This document shows, piece after piece, positions 28,805 to 38,562 of a DNA stretch of 64,000 bases. The DNA comes from Patescibacteria group bacterium (GTDB taxonomy: Bacteria; Patescibacteriota; Patescibacteriia; JAQUQO01): NCBI GenBank assembly GCA_028716045.1, contig JAQUQO010000001.1, positions 320,942 to 384,941 on the forward strand, in the 5' to 3' direction. The position numbers and the translations under genes were made by a program. The notes below the pieces were generated by a model, which saw nothing but the letters and a program-made list of their open reading frames with translations, ran no database searches and was not told the origin of the DNA. The first letter of the stretch is position 1, and the number at the start of each line of letters is the position of its first letter.

Positions 28805-29689
28805 TTAAGAACTTTTACCTAACCTATACCATTCAACCAGCAAAGGACTGGTGATAAAAATTGAAGAAAACATCCCGATAGCCACACCGATAATAAGCGC
28901 TAAAGAAAAATGTTTAATGCTCTCTCCGCCAAAAAGATAAATCGCCCCGAGAGTCAAAAGAACCGTGAGAGAGGTGTTAACCGAACGCGCTATACTTTGA
29001 AGGACGCTCTTATTAACAATTTCTTCAAAAGAACCTTCGAGTTTGTATAAATTTTCCCTCGTTCTGTCAAAAACAATAATGGTATTATTAACAGAAAAAC
29101 CGAGAATGGTTAAAAGCGCGGCGACAAAAGTCAAATCAATCTCCACATTATAATAATGGCCAAGAAAAGCGAAAATACCGGCTACAATTAAAATATCATG
29201 AAGAAGCATTACGACAGAAATCACGCCATACTTCCATGACTGTACCGGTTTAGAAACCTGCCTAAAAGCATAAGCGATGTAAGCAATAATAGCTAATAGA
29301 ACGAGGAGAATAGAATAAACAGCTTTGTTCCTTAATTCCTTGCCAATAAGCGACCCTACGGATTCAAAACGCACTTCGCTCACGCCTTCAAAATTTTTTA
29401 TTAATTTATCAAATATCTGGCTGTGCAAATTTTCATTCAATTCCTTGGATTTAATAATAACTCCTTGGTCTCCCACCGGCTGAATAGTTAAAGTACCTAA
29501 ATTAAATTCTTGCAAGGCATTCTCTATGGCAACATTATCAGGACGTTCAATAAATGACAATTCCCAAAGAGTGCCACCAGTAAAATCAATGCTCGGTTTC
29601 AACCCCCAAGTGATTAAAGCGAGGATACTCGCGAGCGCCAAAATACCGGCAATAGTAAACCAAATTTTCCTTGTTTTGATTATTTGCAT
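28805..29689 (-). CDS. secF: protein translocase subunit SecF
   Basis: IDFTGGT, ESVGSLIGKEL, LLHDIL and TILGFSVNNTIIVFDRTRE. Confidence 0.96.
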   Translation of the reverse strand: MQIIKTRKIWFTIAGILALASILALITWGLKPSIDFTGGTLWELSFIERPDNVAIENALQEFNLGTLTIQPVGDQGVIIKSKELNENLHSQIFDKLIKNFEGVSEVRFESVGSLIGKELRNKAVYSILLVLLAIIAYIAYAFRQVSKPVQSWKYGVISVVMLLHDILIVAGIFAFLGHYYNVEIDLTFVAALLTILGFSVNNTIIVFDRTRENLYKLEGSFEEIVNKSVLQSIARSVNTSLTVLLTLGAIYLFGGESIKHFSLALIIGVAIGMFSSIFITSPLLVEWYRLGKSS

Positions 29690-29690
29690 A

Positions 29691-31727
29691 TTATTCAATT
29701 TTATTTTTAACTCCATACCACCAATTTTTACTGAACCGGTTAGACCCTAACTTAAGGAATATTCTGCTAACGGTGATGGCGGAAAACATACTGACAATAA
29801 CACCAACGCCAAGAGTAATGGCAAATCCTTTAACAATACTAGTGGTAAAGGTCGCCAAAATAACACAAGATATGAGGGTGGTGACGTTGCTATCGCGTAT
29901 TGAAGGCCAGGCGCGCTTAAATCCATCGTCAATGGCTGACCCCAAGGATTTCCCGCTTTTTAATTCTTCTTTCAATCTTTCAAAAATAAGCACGTTAGCG
30001 TCAATGGCCATGCCAATAGAAAGAATAAAACCCGCAATACCGGAAAGTGTTAATGTCACGGGAATAATTTTAAACAGGGCTAAAACAATGGCGCCGTAAA
30101 CAATCAATGCCAAAGAAGACCAAAATCCCGGCAAGCGATAGTAAATTATCATAAAAATCATAACCAAAAGAATACCAATAAGCCCCGCCGTCAAACTATC
30201 ATTGACCGATTGGTTGCCAAGCGTGGCTCCGACTGTCTGTTGGCTGACTAATTTAATGGGTACCGGCAAAGCGCCCGCGTTCAAACGGCGAGAAAGAGTT
30301 TTGGCCTCGTCAATGTTAAAATCACCGGTAATAACCGCTTTGCCATCGCGGATAGGTTCATTAACCCTTGGGATACTTAGGGCTTCGCCGTCCAAAAAAA
30401 TTGCCACCGGCTCTCCGACATTTCTTTCAGTAATTTCTCCAAAAAGCTTTTTACCCTCATCATTGAATTCCAACCCGACTTCCGCCGCGCCGGTATTTTG
30501 GTCAAACTGAACCATTGATTTTTTTAATTGAACACCGGTCAAACCGGTAACTTTCCAGGGGTCTTGCGGTCCCAAGATATCCTGCTCGGTTTGCTTTTTT
30601 AAAAAGATATTTTTTACCTGATATTCAACCAGCGACCGCTCGTCGGATTTATAAATAAGATGATAGCCAAAATCCGTTTCTACGGGTTCAGAAATTTCCC
30701 CCGTTGCCATAGCAAAAACTTTTTCCTCAAACGGTGGGACCATTTTGCCTTTCCCAAAAAATCCCAGCCCGCCGCCTTCAGAAGAAGTACCCGTGTCATT
30801 GGAATACGTTTTAGCAAGAACGGCAAAATTCTCCGGCGTGACCTGGCTCTTAACCTCGTTAATCTTCGCCAAGGCCTCGTCTTTGGTTAATTCCGTGGGA
30901 CAATTGGACGCGCCCTTATAGCAAATCAAGATATGGCTGGCTTCCACTTCTTTTTCTTCTTCAATACGGTCAATGGGTTTAATAATGTAATAACCGCTGG
31001 TCATCTCAACCAATTTATTATAAACCGCGTTCAGCTCGGCTTTTTTAGCCGCTTCAAAAATCGGTGAGAACAAACGCTCACTCACCATCATCGGTAAAAC
31101 CGTACCCTCGGTTTTTTCTTCAATTAATTTATCAAAACCGGCTTCATCGGCTCCAAGCGCTTGAATTAAAACCTCTTCCGCCTTAATTTTTACTTCCTTA
31201 TTATTTTTTTCCAATTGACTTTTTTCTTCGGCGGTGAGCTCGCGCACATCTTTGTTTTGCTCCTTAAATTCCAGCATCGGAGTTTCGCCTATCATTTCAA
31301 TGGCTTTGTGAACATCTTTGATTCCGGCTAATTCCACCACTACTCGCCAGCTGTCTCCGGTTTTGGTGGTCTGAATCACCGGCTCGGAAACGCCGAAAGC
31401 GTTAACGCGCCTTTCAATAACATCGCGCGCGCCGGCGACAGCGTCGCTTCTTTCGGCTGACGGGATATTTGCCATATCCGCTTCATAAACCAAGTGCGTA
31501 CCGCCGAGTAAATCCAAACCTAAACGAAAAGGCAGATTATAAAAATGGGGAACATCTATTTTTAGACTATCCTCAACCCAATCGGCTCCTTTATCCCAAT
31601 ACATCGGCGCATCCAACGCCACGGCCAAAATAGCTAAAACTAAAATAAAAAATACCGCCCATCTGACTTTCCCCCGCGGGGTGGGCTTGAAAATCACGCT
31701 AAACAGTTTGGTAAAGAATTTCTTCAT
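29691..31727 (-). CDS. secD: protein translocase subunit SecD with inserted parvulin (PpiC) domain
   Basis: LGLDLLGG, RRVNAFGVSEP, LNAGALP and GMAIDANVLIFER; internal ASHILI...GGLG...MVPPFE...ETDFGYHLI. Confidence 0.95.
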   Translation of the reverse strand: MKKFFTKLFSVIFKPTPRGKVRWAVFFILVLAILAVALDAPMYWDKGADWVEDSLKIDVPHFYNLPFRLGLDLLGGTHLVYEADMANIPSAERSDAVAGARDVIERRVNAFGVSEPVIQTTKTGDSWRVVVELAGIKDVHKAIEMIGETPMLEFKEQNKDVRELTAEEKSQLEKNNKEVKIKAEEVLIQALGADEAGFDKLIEEKTEGTVLPMMVSERLFSPIFEAAKKAELNAVYNKLVEMTSGYYIIKPIDRIEEEKEVEASHILICYKGASNCPTELTKDEALAKINEVKSQVTPENFAVLAKTYSNDTGTSSEGGGLGFFGKGKMVPPFEEKVFAMATGEISEPVETDFGYHLIYKSDERSLVEYQVKNIFLKKQTEQDILGPQDPWKVTGLTGVQLKKSMVQFDQNTGAAEVGLEFNDEGKKLFGEITERNVGEPVAIFLDGEALSIPRVNEPIRDGKAVITGDFNIDEAKTLSRRLNAGALPVPIKLVSQQTVGATLGNQSVNDSLTAGLIGILLVMIFMIIYYRLPGFWSSLALIVYGAIVLALFKIIPVTLTLSGIAGFILSIGMAIDANVLIFERLKEELKSGKSLGSAIDDGFKRAWPSIRDSNVTTLISCVILATFTTSIVKGFAITLGVGVIVSMFSAITVSRIFLKLGSNRFSKNWWYGVKNKIE

Positions 31728-31809
31728 AGTTTAAAACTTAATTGTGGATAAAAGATAAACTTTCTATATTTTAGCTAAAACCGTTGCATTTGGCAAGTTT
31801 AACGGAAAA

Positions 31810-32277
31810 TCACAAAACTGTCACTTCTTTGAGGGAAAAATCTACGATTTTGTCCATGTCTCGAAATAAAAATTTTCCTTTAAATCTTTTATTGTCTAAA
31901 AATAACGGAATCCAGTATTTATCATCCGGCCACATTTCTTCAAATGGAATTTCCTTAACCCTAAACCAGCGCGGTTTCATTTCCTCTGTTTCCAATGGCT
32001 CACCCTCAAAATTATCGGCTTTAAAAAAATGAACTTCTAAAATTTCGGGGTTATTCTTAAACTCAAAATTAATAATACCGACTTCTTCCAATTCTTTAGC
32101 AAAAATACCGGCCTCTTCCCGCAATTCCCGCCGCGCCGCTTCTTTTATATCTTCCTTATCTTCCACCTTCCCGCCGAATCCATTCCATCTCCCTTCGCCA
32201 AATCCGCGCTTCTTCATCCCGAGAAGAATTTTGTTATTTTTGTAAATAATGGAAAGGGTCAAAATCTTCTTTGCCAT
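31810..32277 (-). CDS. NUDIX hydrolase (8-oxo-dGTPase, MTH1-like)
   Basis: LLGMKKRGFGEGRWNGFGGKVE..AARRELREEAG, TEEMKPRWF and MWPDD. Confidence 0.9.
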   Translation of the reverse strand: MAKKILTLSIIYKNNKILLGMKKRGFGEGRWNGFGGKVEDKEDIKEAARRELREEAGIFAKELEEVGIINFEFKNNPEILEVHFFKADNFEGEPLETEEMKPRWFRVKEIPFEEMWPDDKYWIPLFLDNKRFKGKFLFRDMDKIVDFSLKEVTVL

Positions 32278-32305
32278 AATCGACCGCAGAACTTAACTAA
32301 TAAAA

Positions 32306-32728
32306 TTATAAATCAAAATAATTTCTTTTGGTTTTATAACTTTCTACTGCCAGTTTACACATCTCAAACAAGGGCTCCGGGGAATTATCAATCTCATACC
32401 AATCCCATTCCCCGATAGATTTTTCCGGTTCCATCACCTTCGGCTCACCATTTTCCCAATCCGCGATAACCCCAATATGCACATAATGTTTGGGGGCGTA
32501 TTTTTTAACATTCGCCAGATATTGAAATTTGATATTTTTAATTTCTATCCCGCTTTCTTCCCTTGTTTCCCGTTTTGCACAATCCTTGAATGATTCCATA
32601 TATTCAAGATGACCTCCGGGAAATGAGTACTCCCCTTCTCCATGCGAACCCTTTCTTTTATGAAGTAAAATTTTCCCATCCTTAAAAATCATAACCCCAA
32701 CTCCGACCTTTGGTTTATCGTTTTCCAT
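32306..32728 (-). CDS. NUDIX hydrolase (NUDT15-like)
   Basis: PKVGVGV, RKGSHGEG, PGGHLE..CAKRETREESG and MEPEK. Confidence 0.9.
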   Translation of the reverse strand: MENDKPKVGVGVMIFKDGKILLHKRKGSHGEGEYSFPGGHLEYMESFKDCAKRETREESGIEIKNIKFQYLANVKKYAPKHYVHIGVIADWENGEPKVMEPEKSIGEWDWYEIDNSPEPLFEMCKLAVESYKTKRNYFDL

Positions 32729-32752
32729 ATTTATATTTTTTATTATTGCAGT

Positions 32753-33181
32753 TTACAAATCCTCCTCTGCTATTACCTTAACCCCACTCTTTTTTAATAA
32801 AGCGGCGGTTACTCCGTCGCCCTTGATGGTTTTACCGGAAAAAGTGCCATCGTAAATCTTACCGCAACCGCAGGAAGGGCTTTTTTGTTTCAAAATCGCT
32901 TCCTTCACGCCATAGAGTTTTGCTATCCTTAAAACCTCCTTTGCGCCCTTGGTAAAATTTTCTGAAATATTTTTCCCTGACTTTGTAAACACTTTCTTAC
33001 CTTTTTGTTCTGCCGGTTCTCTGGGCGTTGTCAAACCGCCCAATTGTTCAGGACAAACGGGAATTAAAATTTCTTTTTTGAAAAGGTTAATAACTTTTTT
33101 GTTTCTTTTTCCTCTGCCGTCATAGCGGCATTTTATCCCCAATAAACAAGCGCTACAAATTTTTATATTTTTATTTTTCAT
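32753..33181 (-). CDS. DUF523 family protein (2-thiouracil desulfurase-like)
   Basis: SACLLGIKCRYDG, PVCPEQLGGL, KSPSCG and GDGVTAALL. Confidence 0.9.
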   Translation of the reverse strand: MKNKNIKICSACLLGIKCRYDGRGKRNKKVINLFKKEILIPVCPEQLGGLTTPREPAEQKGKKVFTKSGKNISENFTKGAKEVLRIAKLYGVKEAILKQKSPSCGCGKIYDGTFSGKTIKGDGVTAALLKKSGVKVIAEEDL

Positions 33182-33193
33182 AACATTTTCTTA

Positions 33194-33227
33194 TTTGCAA
33201 CCCCGGGTTGGCAAGGGAAAATAATCT
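33194..33227 (+). repeat. decayed arm of the palindromic element
   Basis: TTTGCAACCCCGGGTTGGCAAGGGAAAATAATCT resembles TTTGCGACCCCGCCTTGGCGGGGGAAGCAATCT at 33544-33576. Confidence 0.6.
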
Positions 33228-33520
33228 TAAAATAAATTGTCATACAAATCTTTCCAATTAGGATTATCTTTTTCGATAAGTTCTATTTTCTTCTGTCTAG
33301 AACCGCCCTTAATTTGCTTCTCTCTTTTTATTGCTTCCTCTATACTATCAAATGGTTCAAAATATATTAATTTATTTATGTTATATCTTGCCGTAAACCC
33401 CTTTGTTATCTTTTCTTTATGCTCATAAATTCTACGCGGCAAATTACCAGTCACTCCCGTATATAAAGTAGTATTGGTCTTATTAGCCATTATATAAACA
33501 AAATAATACTCGTGTTGCAT
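33227..33520 (-). CDS. small GIY-YIG nuclease family protein
   Basis: YFVYIM..LYTGVT..RRIYEH..FTARY..LIYFE..AIKREKQIK..NPNWKDL. Confidence 0.92.
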   Translation of the reverse strand: MQHEYYFVYIMANKTNTTLYTGVTGNLPRRIYEHKEKITKGFTARYNINKLIYFEPFDSIEEAIKREKQIKGGSRQKKIELIEKDNPNWKDLYDNLF

Positions 33521-33539
33521 AATTGTGCTAAACTACTAT

Positions 33540-33662
33540 TGTCTTTGCGACCCCGCCTTGGCGGGGGAAGCAATCTCTAATACAAGACTCCTGCTCAAAG
33601 CTAAATATCAGGGATTGCTTCGTCGTCGTCCCAAAAACTTGGGACTCCTCCTCGCAATGACA
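33540..33662. repeat. REP/RPE-like palindromic element, copy 1
   Basis: TGTCTTTGCGA-[hairpin]-AAGCAATC...GATTGCTT-[hairpin]-TCGCAATGACA; second copy at 45219-45369. Confidence 0.85.
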
Positions 33663-33700
33663 ATGAGGGATTTTTGATTTTATTTCTATGTTCAGGGGCA

Positions 33701-33910
33701 TTATTTACCAATATATTCAAATCTCGAAATTTTCTTTCCGTTAACCTCAGCTTCTTCGGTAAACATTTTCAACGGTCACGCCCATAAATCATGATTTCCA
33801 TAAAGGGCATGATATACCACTAATTCCTCTAATGTTTCGCTGTGTTTGGCGACAACAATCACTTCGTATTCATTACCCTTGTAATGTCTATATTTTCCTA
33901 ATTTGAGCAT
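33701..33910 (-). pseudogene. DUF1653 family gene with an in-frame TGA
   Basis: MLKLGKYRHYKGNEYEV..HSETLEELVVY..LWA*PLKMFTEE..RFEYIGK*; the stop at 33776-33778 falls where Arg is expected (WxRP). Confidence 0.8.
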
Positions 33911-33911
33911 A

Positions 33912-34439
33912 TTATTTACTACGGCACTTTTTAACACGCTTGCATATTTCCGTAATAATCGTTTTCTTTCCGGCGCCATATTTGGGATAATTGTCAGCAT
34001 ACTTACGATATAATTCTTTTTTCGCCGCACTATACAACTCTCTATCTTTTTTATTTTCCAATAAATAATCACGAAAGGCCAAGATATTTTTAATTTCTGG
34101 ATGACCTTCGGGAAGAATATGGACGCTGGTTAATCTTTCGCCCTCCGCATCGTCTTCCGTAAAATATTCTTCGCCAATACCCGTATAATCGCCGCGAGGT
34201 ATAAATCCCCAGTCTGCCATCTTAGTTGCTTTTTCATGTACTTTTCGCAAATCCTTAACCACTACTAAAATATCAATTTGCGGTTTGGCGACCATGCCCG
34301 GGATTGAAGTGCTGCCGATATGATGGATTGCTAACACCTCATTGCCAAGGACGTCTAAAATCAGTTTTTTCTTTTCCGCAAATTGCCGAGGCCAGATTGG
34401 GTCATATTTAACTAACCAATAGGGACGATGTTTTTTCAT
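33912..34439 (-). CDS. GrpB / UPF0157 family protein
   Basis: YDPIWP, IHHIGSTSIPGMVAKPQIDI, FRDYL and YSAAK. Confidence 0.9.
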   Translation of the reverse strand: MKKHRPYWLVKYDPIWPRQFAEKKKLILDVLGNEVLAIHHIGSTSIPGMVAKPQIDILVVVKDLRKVHEKATKMADWGFIPRGDYTGIGEEYFTEDDAEGERLTSVHILPEGHPEIKNILAFRDYLLENKKDRELYSAAKKELYRKYADNYPKYGAGKKTIITEICKRVKKCRSK

Positions 34440-34496
34440 AAATTTTAGACCTCACAGTGACACTTATTTAATAGATAATTACTCCGTTAAACGAAC

Positions 34497-35132
34497 CTAT
34501 TCCCCTGCTATTTCATTAGTTACTTTTAAAATAACATTTTCGGCTTCCGAAGTGTCAATTTTAACACCTACTTTATTATTTTCTATGTTCTTAAAAAATT
34601 CCGTTATATTAATTGCTTTTAACCTTCTGTACTTTAAATCGTCATTCTCTCCTGACCCCATGGCCTCATTAATTTTAATAACATTACTAAAATCGTTGTA
34701 CAAATCCATAAATGAATTAAAAGCCGGAATTTTATTATTTTCCTTAAAATTTTTAAACTCTGCTTCTAATTTATCTAAAATGTCGGGATAATACTTTTTA
34801 ACTCTTCCCATGCCTCTAGTAAAAGCGTCTTTCTCTTTTTTTAAATTTTTTTCTGTCTCATTTTTTTCTCTTCTAATGTCTTTGTTAAACTCATCCTGTC
34901 GCAAATGCCCAAGTTCATGAATTATCACCGCCCAGGAATAAAACAAATCGCCCCGGGGGTATCTAATTTCGAAATTTCTGCTATCCTCTAAAATTCTTCC
35001 CGTTCCCTGTACTTCTAAGGGCCAATTCAAAGACCTTAATTTTTTAGAAAAATTTTGAGGCAAATCATCTAGAGCAATAATATTTTCCTTTTTTATCTCG
35101 TATTTATTTGTCTTGCGCTGTTCAAAATTCAT
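34497..35132 (-). CDS. hypothetical protein with HExxH motif
   Basis: AVIIHELGHL; ATG 35132 preferred because the longer frame runs through a non-coding unit. Confidence 0.65.
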   Translation of the reverse strand: MNFEQRKTNKYEIKKENIIALDDLPQNFSKKLRSLNWPLEVQGTGRILEDSRNFEIRYPRGDLFYSWAVIIHELGHLRQDEFNKDIRREKNETEKNLKKEKDAFTRGMGRVKKYYPDILDKLEAEFKNFKENNKIPAFNSFMDLYNDFSNVIKINEAMGSGENDDLKYRRLKAINITEFFKNIENNKVGVKIDTSEAENVILKVTNEIAGE

Positions 35133-35196
35133 ATTATTTTTTATAACACTTTTTATACCTCTTGACTTTACCATACGACCTTGGTAGACTTGAGCT

Positions 35197-35306
35197 AGTG
35201 GTGAAGGGAGGGACCCGCCCCGATCTTCATTGTGGTAATCCCACAATGTGAAATATTCACTTAAATCGGGTTGCCGTCGTAATCGCGATACGACGGCTTT
35301 TTTCTT
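35197..35306 (+). ncRNA. candidate small structured RNA (about 110 nt)
   Basis: TTGACT (35162-67), 17 nt, TGg-TAGACT; stems CCCGAT/ATCGGG and CATTGTGG/CCACAATG; terminator GCCGTCGTA/TACGACGGC plus a T tract. Confidence 0.5.
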
Positions 35307-35345
35307 TTATCTGCCGTGACACTTCTTATATTTCTTCCCACTCCC
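35307..35345 (-). pseudogene. displaced duplicate of the secA 3' end (SEC-C tail)
   Basis: Translates as GSGKKYKKCHGR*, 38 nt downstream of the secA stop. Confidence 0.85.
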
Positions 35346-35383
35346 GCCCCGTCATTCAATGGGACTCTACTCGGTTAAAATTA

Positions 35384-38077
35384 TTAACTATTTTTCCCGC
35401 AACAATGTTTATACTTTTTCGGCGTGCCATCGGGTTTGGTCGCTCCGCACGGGCACGGGTCGTTGCGACCGACTTTTTTTACCTTTTCCACACCCTCTTC
35501 ATTTTTTGTGGTTCTTTCGCTCGTCTTCGCCGGCGCGCTCATTATAAGGTTTTTAGTGAACGGACTCGCCGCTAACGCCGCCTGTGCCAAACCGACTTTA
35601 TAAATACTGTAAACAACTTCTTTCTCAATCATCGCCACCAGTTCGTTGTACATTCTAAATGACTCCTTTTTATATTCTACCAAAGGGTCGCGCTGGCCAT
35701 AACCACGCAAGCCGATGCCGGTGCGCATATAACTCATAGCGTCCAAATGTTCCACCCACAAAGAATCAATGGCGCGAAGCAAAATGTTCTTTTCTATCAT
35801 TACGAATAACGCCGGGTCGGAAAAATTAGCGGCCATTTTTTTATAACTGGCGAGTGCCAAATCGTAAAGATAATTAATAATCACATCGCGCGCCTGCGCG
35901 TCCTGTTCTTTCCCGCCGGCCTTTTCTCTTAAATCATCAAGCTTCAAACGAACGTCATCCGGCAACGGGAAAATAGTACTCACCGCCTCTTTTATTTCTT
36001 CCAAGTCCCAATTTTTTTCTTCATCATGAGCGGTATGAAAAAGAACAATCTGTTCAATTTCCTTTTTAACCATCGCTAAGATTGTTTCCCTTTCTTTATC
36101 AGATTGTAAAACCTCCCGCCGGCGGCGGTAAATCGCTTCTCTTTGCTTATTTAAAACGTCGTCATATTCAACCAAGTGTTTGCGAATATCAAAATGATGG
36201 CCTTCAACTTTGGTTTGGGCTGATTCAATGGATTTAGAAACCAGTCCGTTTTGAATCGGCATGTCCTCCGGAACTTTTAAGGTCGTCATAATGGATTTTA
36301 GGCGGTCGGAACCAAAAATGCGCATCAAATCGTCTTCCAAAGAAAGATAAAATTGCGTCGCGCCCGGATCGCCCTGACGGCCGGCGCGACCGCGCAACTG
36401 ATTATCTATGCGCCGCGACTCATGCCGTTCGGTGCCGATAACGCAAAGCCCACCCAGCTCGCAAACTTTTTTCGCTTCCTCGGCATTCGGCGGATTCCCA
36501 CCCAAAACTATATCCACGCCGCGGCCGGCCATATTAGTGGCAATGGTCACCGCGCCCAATCTGCCGGCTTGCGCGATAATCTCCGCCTCTTTCTCGTGGT
36601 GCTTGGCGTTCAAAACCTGATGCGGCACGCCTTCCCTTTCCAAAATTTCACTTAGCATTTCATTTTTTTCTATGGAAATCGTGCCCACCAGCACCGGCTG
36701 ACCCTTAGTATGACGCTCTTTAATTTCTTTGGCCACGGCCGTAAATTTTCCCATTTCCGTTTTATAAATCTTATCGGAATAATCGCGGCGAATCATGGGT
36801 TTATTGGTTGGGATGGCTGAAACTTCCAGTTTATAAATTTTTGAGAACTCTTCTGCTTCGGTGACGGCCGTGCCAGTCATGCCGGATAATTTTTTATACA
36901 AACGGAATAAATTTTGAAAAGTAATGGTGGCCATGGTCTGGCTCTCGCGTTTAATCTCCACGCCTTCTTTGGCTTCAATCGCCTGATGCAAGCCCTCGCT
37001 GTAACGCCGTCCGTACATCAAGCGTCCGGTGAATTCATCAACAATCAAAATCTCGCCGTCCTTAACCACGTAATCTCGGTCTATTTTAAATAAAGTATGG
37101 GCTTTCAACGCCTGCTCTATGTGATGGACGGTGGAAATCCCGCCGCTGGTGTAGATATTGTCCACGCCCAGCCATTTTTCCATTTTGGAAATACCCTCGG
37201 CGCTTAAAGTGGCGGTGCGCATTTTTTCGTCAATGTTATAATCCTCATTTTCTTTGAGCTGGCTTACCAAATTGGCAAATTGATAATACTGTTCCGTTGA
37301 TTCTTCGGCCGGAGCAGAAATAATCAACGGCGTGCGCGCTTCATCAATCAAGATACTGTCAACTTCATCCACGATAGCGTAATTTAATTCCCGCTGGGAA
37401 ACCTGCTCTAAATTAATCGCCATATTGTCGCGCAGATAATCAAAACCAAATTCATTATTGGTCCCGTAAAGGATATCGCAGGCGTAGGCCTCGCGGCGCG
37501 ACACCGGCCGCAAAAAATCCTGGCGCACTTTAAATCCGCCTTCAATATCTCTCTTTTCATCTTCCTCCGCGCTGGCGAAAGAGGCGTCATAAACAAAAGA
37601 GCTTTCGTGCTGGATACAGCCGACTGAAAGCCCTAAAAAATTATGAACTTGCCCCATCCAAACGGCATCGCGACGCGACAAATAATCATTGACTGTCACC
37701 ACGTGCACACCCGCGCCGGTTAAAGCGTTGAGATACGACGGCAGGGTTGCCACCAAAGTTTTTCCTTCACCGGTTTTCATTTCAGCAATCTGCCCCCAAT
37801 GTAAAACTATGCCGCCAATAAGCTGAACATCATAATGCCGCTGACCGAGAGTACGGCGGGCGGCTTCACGGACCACCGCAAACGCTTCAGGTAAAATATC
37901 ATCAAGTGTTTTCCCCTGCGCCAGCTCCGCTTTAAATCTCGCTGTTTGCGATTTTAATTCCTCATCAGACATTGGCCGGAATTTATTTTCCAAAAGGTTT
38001 ATTTTTTCAATAATCGGCCTGACTTTTTTTAGAACTTTTTCATTCGGGTCGCCGAAAATCTTTGTTAAAAACGACAT
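35384..38077 (-). CDS. secA: protein translocase ATPase SecA
   Basis: [32 protein letters not shown] and [13 protein letters not shown]; C-terminal GRNDPCPCG...KKYKHCCG. Confidence 0.99.
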   Translation of the reverse strand: MSFLTKIFGDPNEKVLKKVRPIIEKINLLENKFRPMSDEELKSQTARFKAELAQGKTLDDILPEAFAVVREAARRTLGQRHYDVQLIGGIVLHWGQIAEMKTGEGKTLVATLPSYLNALTGAGVHVVTVNDYLSRRDAVWMGQVHNFLGLSVGCIQHESSFVYDASFASAEEDEKRDIEGGFKVRQDFLRPVSRREAYACDILYGTNNEFGFDYLRDNMAINLEQVSQRELNYAIVDEVDSILIDEARTPLIISAPAEESTEQYYQFANLVSQLKENEDYNIDEKMRTATLSAEGISKMEKWLGVDNIYTSGGISTVHHIEQALKAHTLFKIDRDYVVKDGEILIVDEFTGRLMYGRRYSEGLHQAIEAKEGVEIKRESQTMATITFQNLFRLYKKLSGMTGTAVTEAEEFSKIYKLEVSAIPTNKPMIRRDYSDKIYKTEMGKFTAVAKEIKERHTKGQPVLVGTISIEKNEMLSEILEREGVPHQVLNAKHHEKEAEIIAQAGRLGAVTIATNMAGRGVDIVLGGNPPNAEEAKKVCELGGLCVIGTERHESRRIDNQLRGRAGRQGDPGATQFYLSLEDDLMRIFGSDRLKSIMTTLKVPEDMPIQNGLVSKSIESAQTKVEGHHFDIRKHLVEYDDVLNKQREAIYRRRREVLQSDKERETILAMVKKEIEQIVLFHTAHDEEKNWDLEEIKEAVSTIFPLPDDVRLKLDDLREKAGGKEQDAQARDVIINYLYDLALASYKKMAANFSDPALFVMIEKNILLRAIDSLWVEHLDAMSYMRTGIGLRGYGQRDPLVEYKKESFRMYNELVAMIEKEVVYSIYKVGLAQAALAASPFTKNLIMSAPAKTSERTTKNEEGVEKVKKVGRNDPCPCGATKPDGTPKKYKHCCGKNS

Positions 38078-38215
38078 ATTTTAAAATATTTTATACAATT
38101 AGATTGCTTTCATTGTATCTTAAATATGGATTTAAAGCAAGATATTGACAAAAATTTTAAAAAGGTTATTATTAAGCAATGAGTTCTTTCATAAACAAAA
38201 AACAGGGAGTTAAAA

Positions 38216-38500
38216 ATGTCTGAAAAGAAATCAAACGGCTATATCGTCGTATTCCAGTACACAGAAAAAGCTGGTCTTTATGCCGGGAGGATTAGCTGGA
38301 CAGAATACGCAAGCAAGAGGGAGTTTGACCAAAAATACAGAGAAAAAATTAAAAAGAAAGGACACAAAAAAATAATTGCCGAAGGAGTTATGTCAAAAAA
38401 AGCCGCGGAAATGCCTATGATAATACTAGAACCGATCTGTCTAAAACCACTTGAAATCAAAGCTAGAATTGTGACGATTAAAATGAAAAATGGGAAATAG
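38216..38500 (+). CDS. hypothetical protein (orphan)
   Basis: TTGACA promoter, boxA-like GTTCTTTCATAAAC, AGGGAG SD and a terminator at 38512-38547. Confidence 0.65.
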   Translation: MSEKKSNGYIVVFQYTEKAGLYAGRISWTEYASKREFDQKYREKIKKKGHKKIIAEGVMSKKAAEMPMIILEPICLKPLEIKARIVTIKMKNGK

Positions 38501-38562
38501 CTCCAAAACATAAAATCCCCGCACATCTAAATGTGGCGAGGATTTTTTATTTTAAAATAATA

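Noticed and set aside
31771-31791. Further secA tail remnant (KCNGFS*)
   Set aside because: It coincides with the spacer of a plausible secD promoter (TTGCCA, 17 nt, TAAAAT) and is too short to separate from chance.
33776-33778. UGA recoding (genetic code 25)
   Set aside because: TGA ends other genes here (for example elp3 and the first CDS), long genes have no internal TGA, and the expected residue is Arg.
35133-35246. N-terminal extension of the 249-aa ORF
   Set aside because: It overlaps the opposite-strand promoter and sRNA and a secA tail remnant; ATG 35132 is more plausible.
31810-35300. Classical integron with attC sites
   Set aside because: No integrase, and the spacers lack recognisable RYYYAAC...GTTRRRY palindromes.
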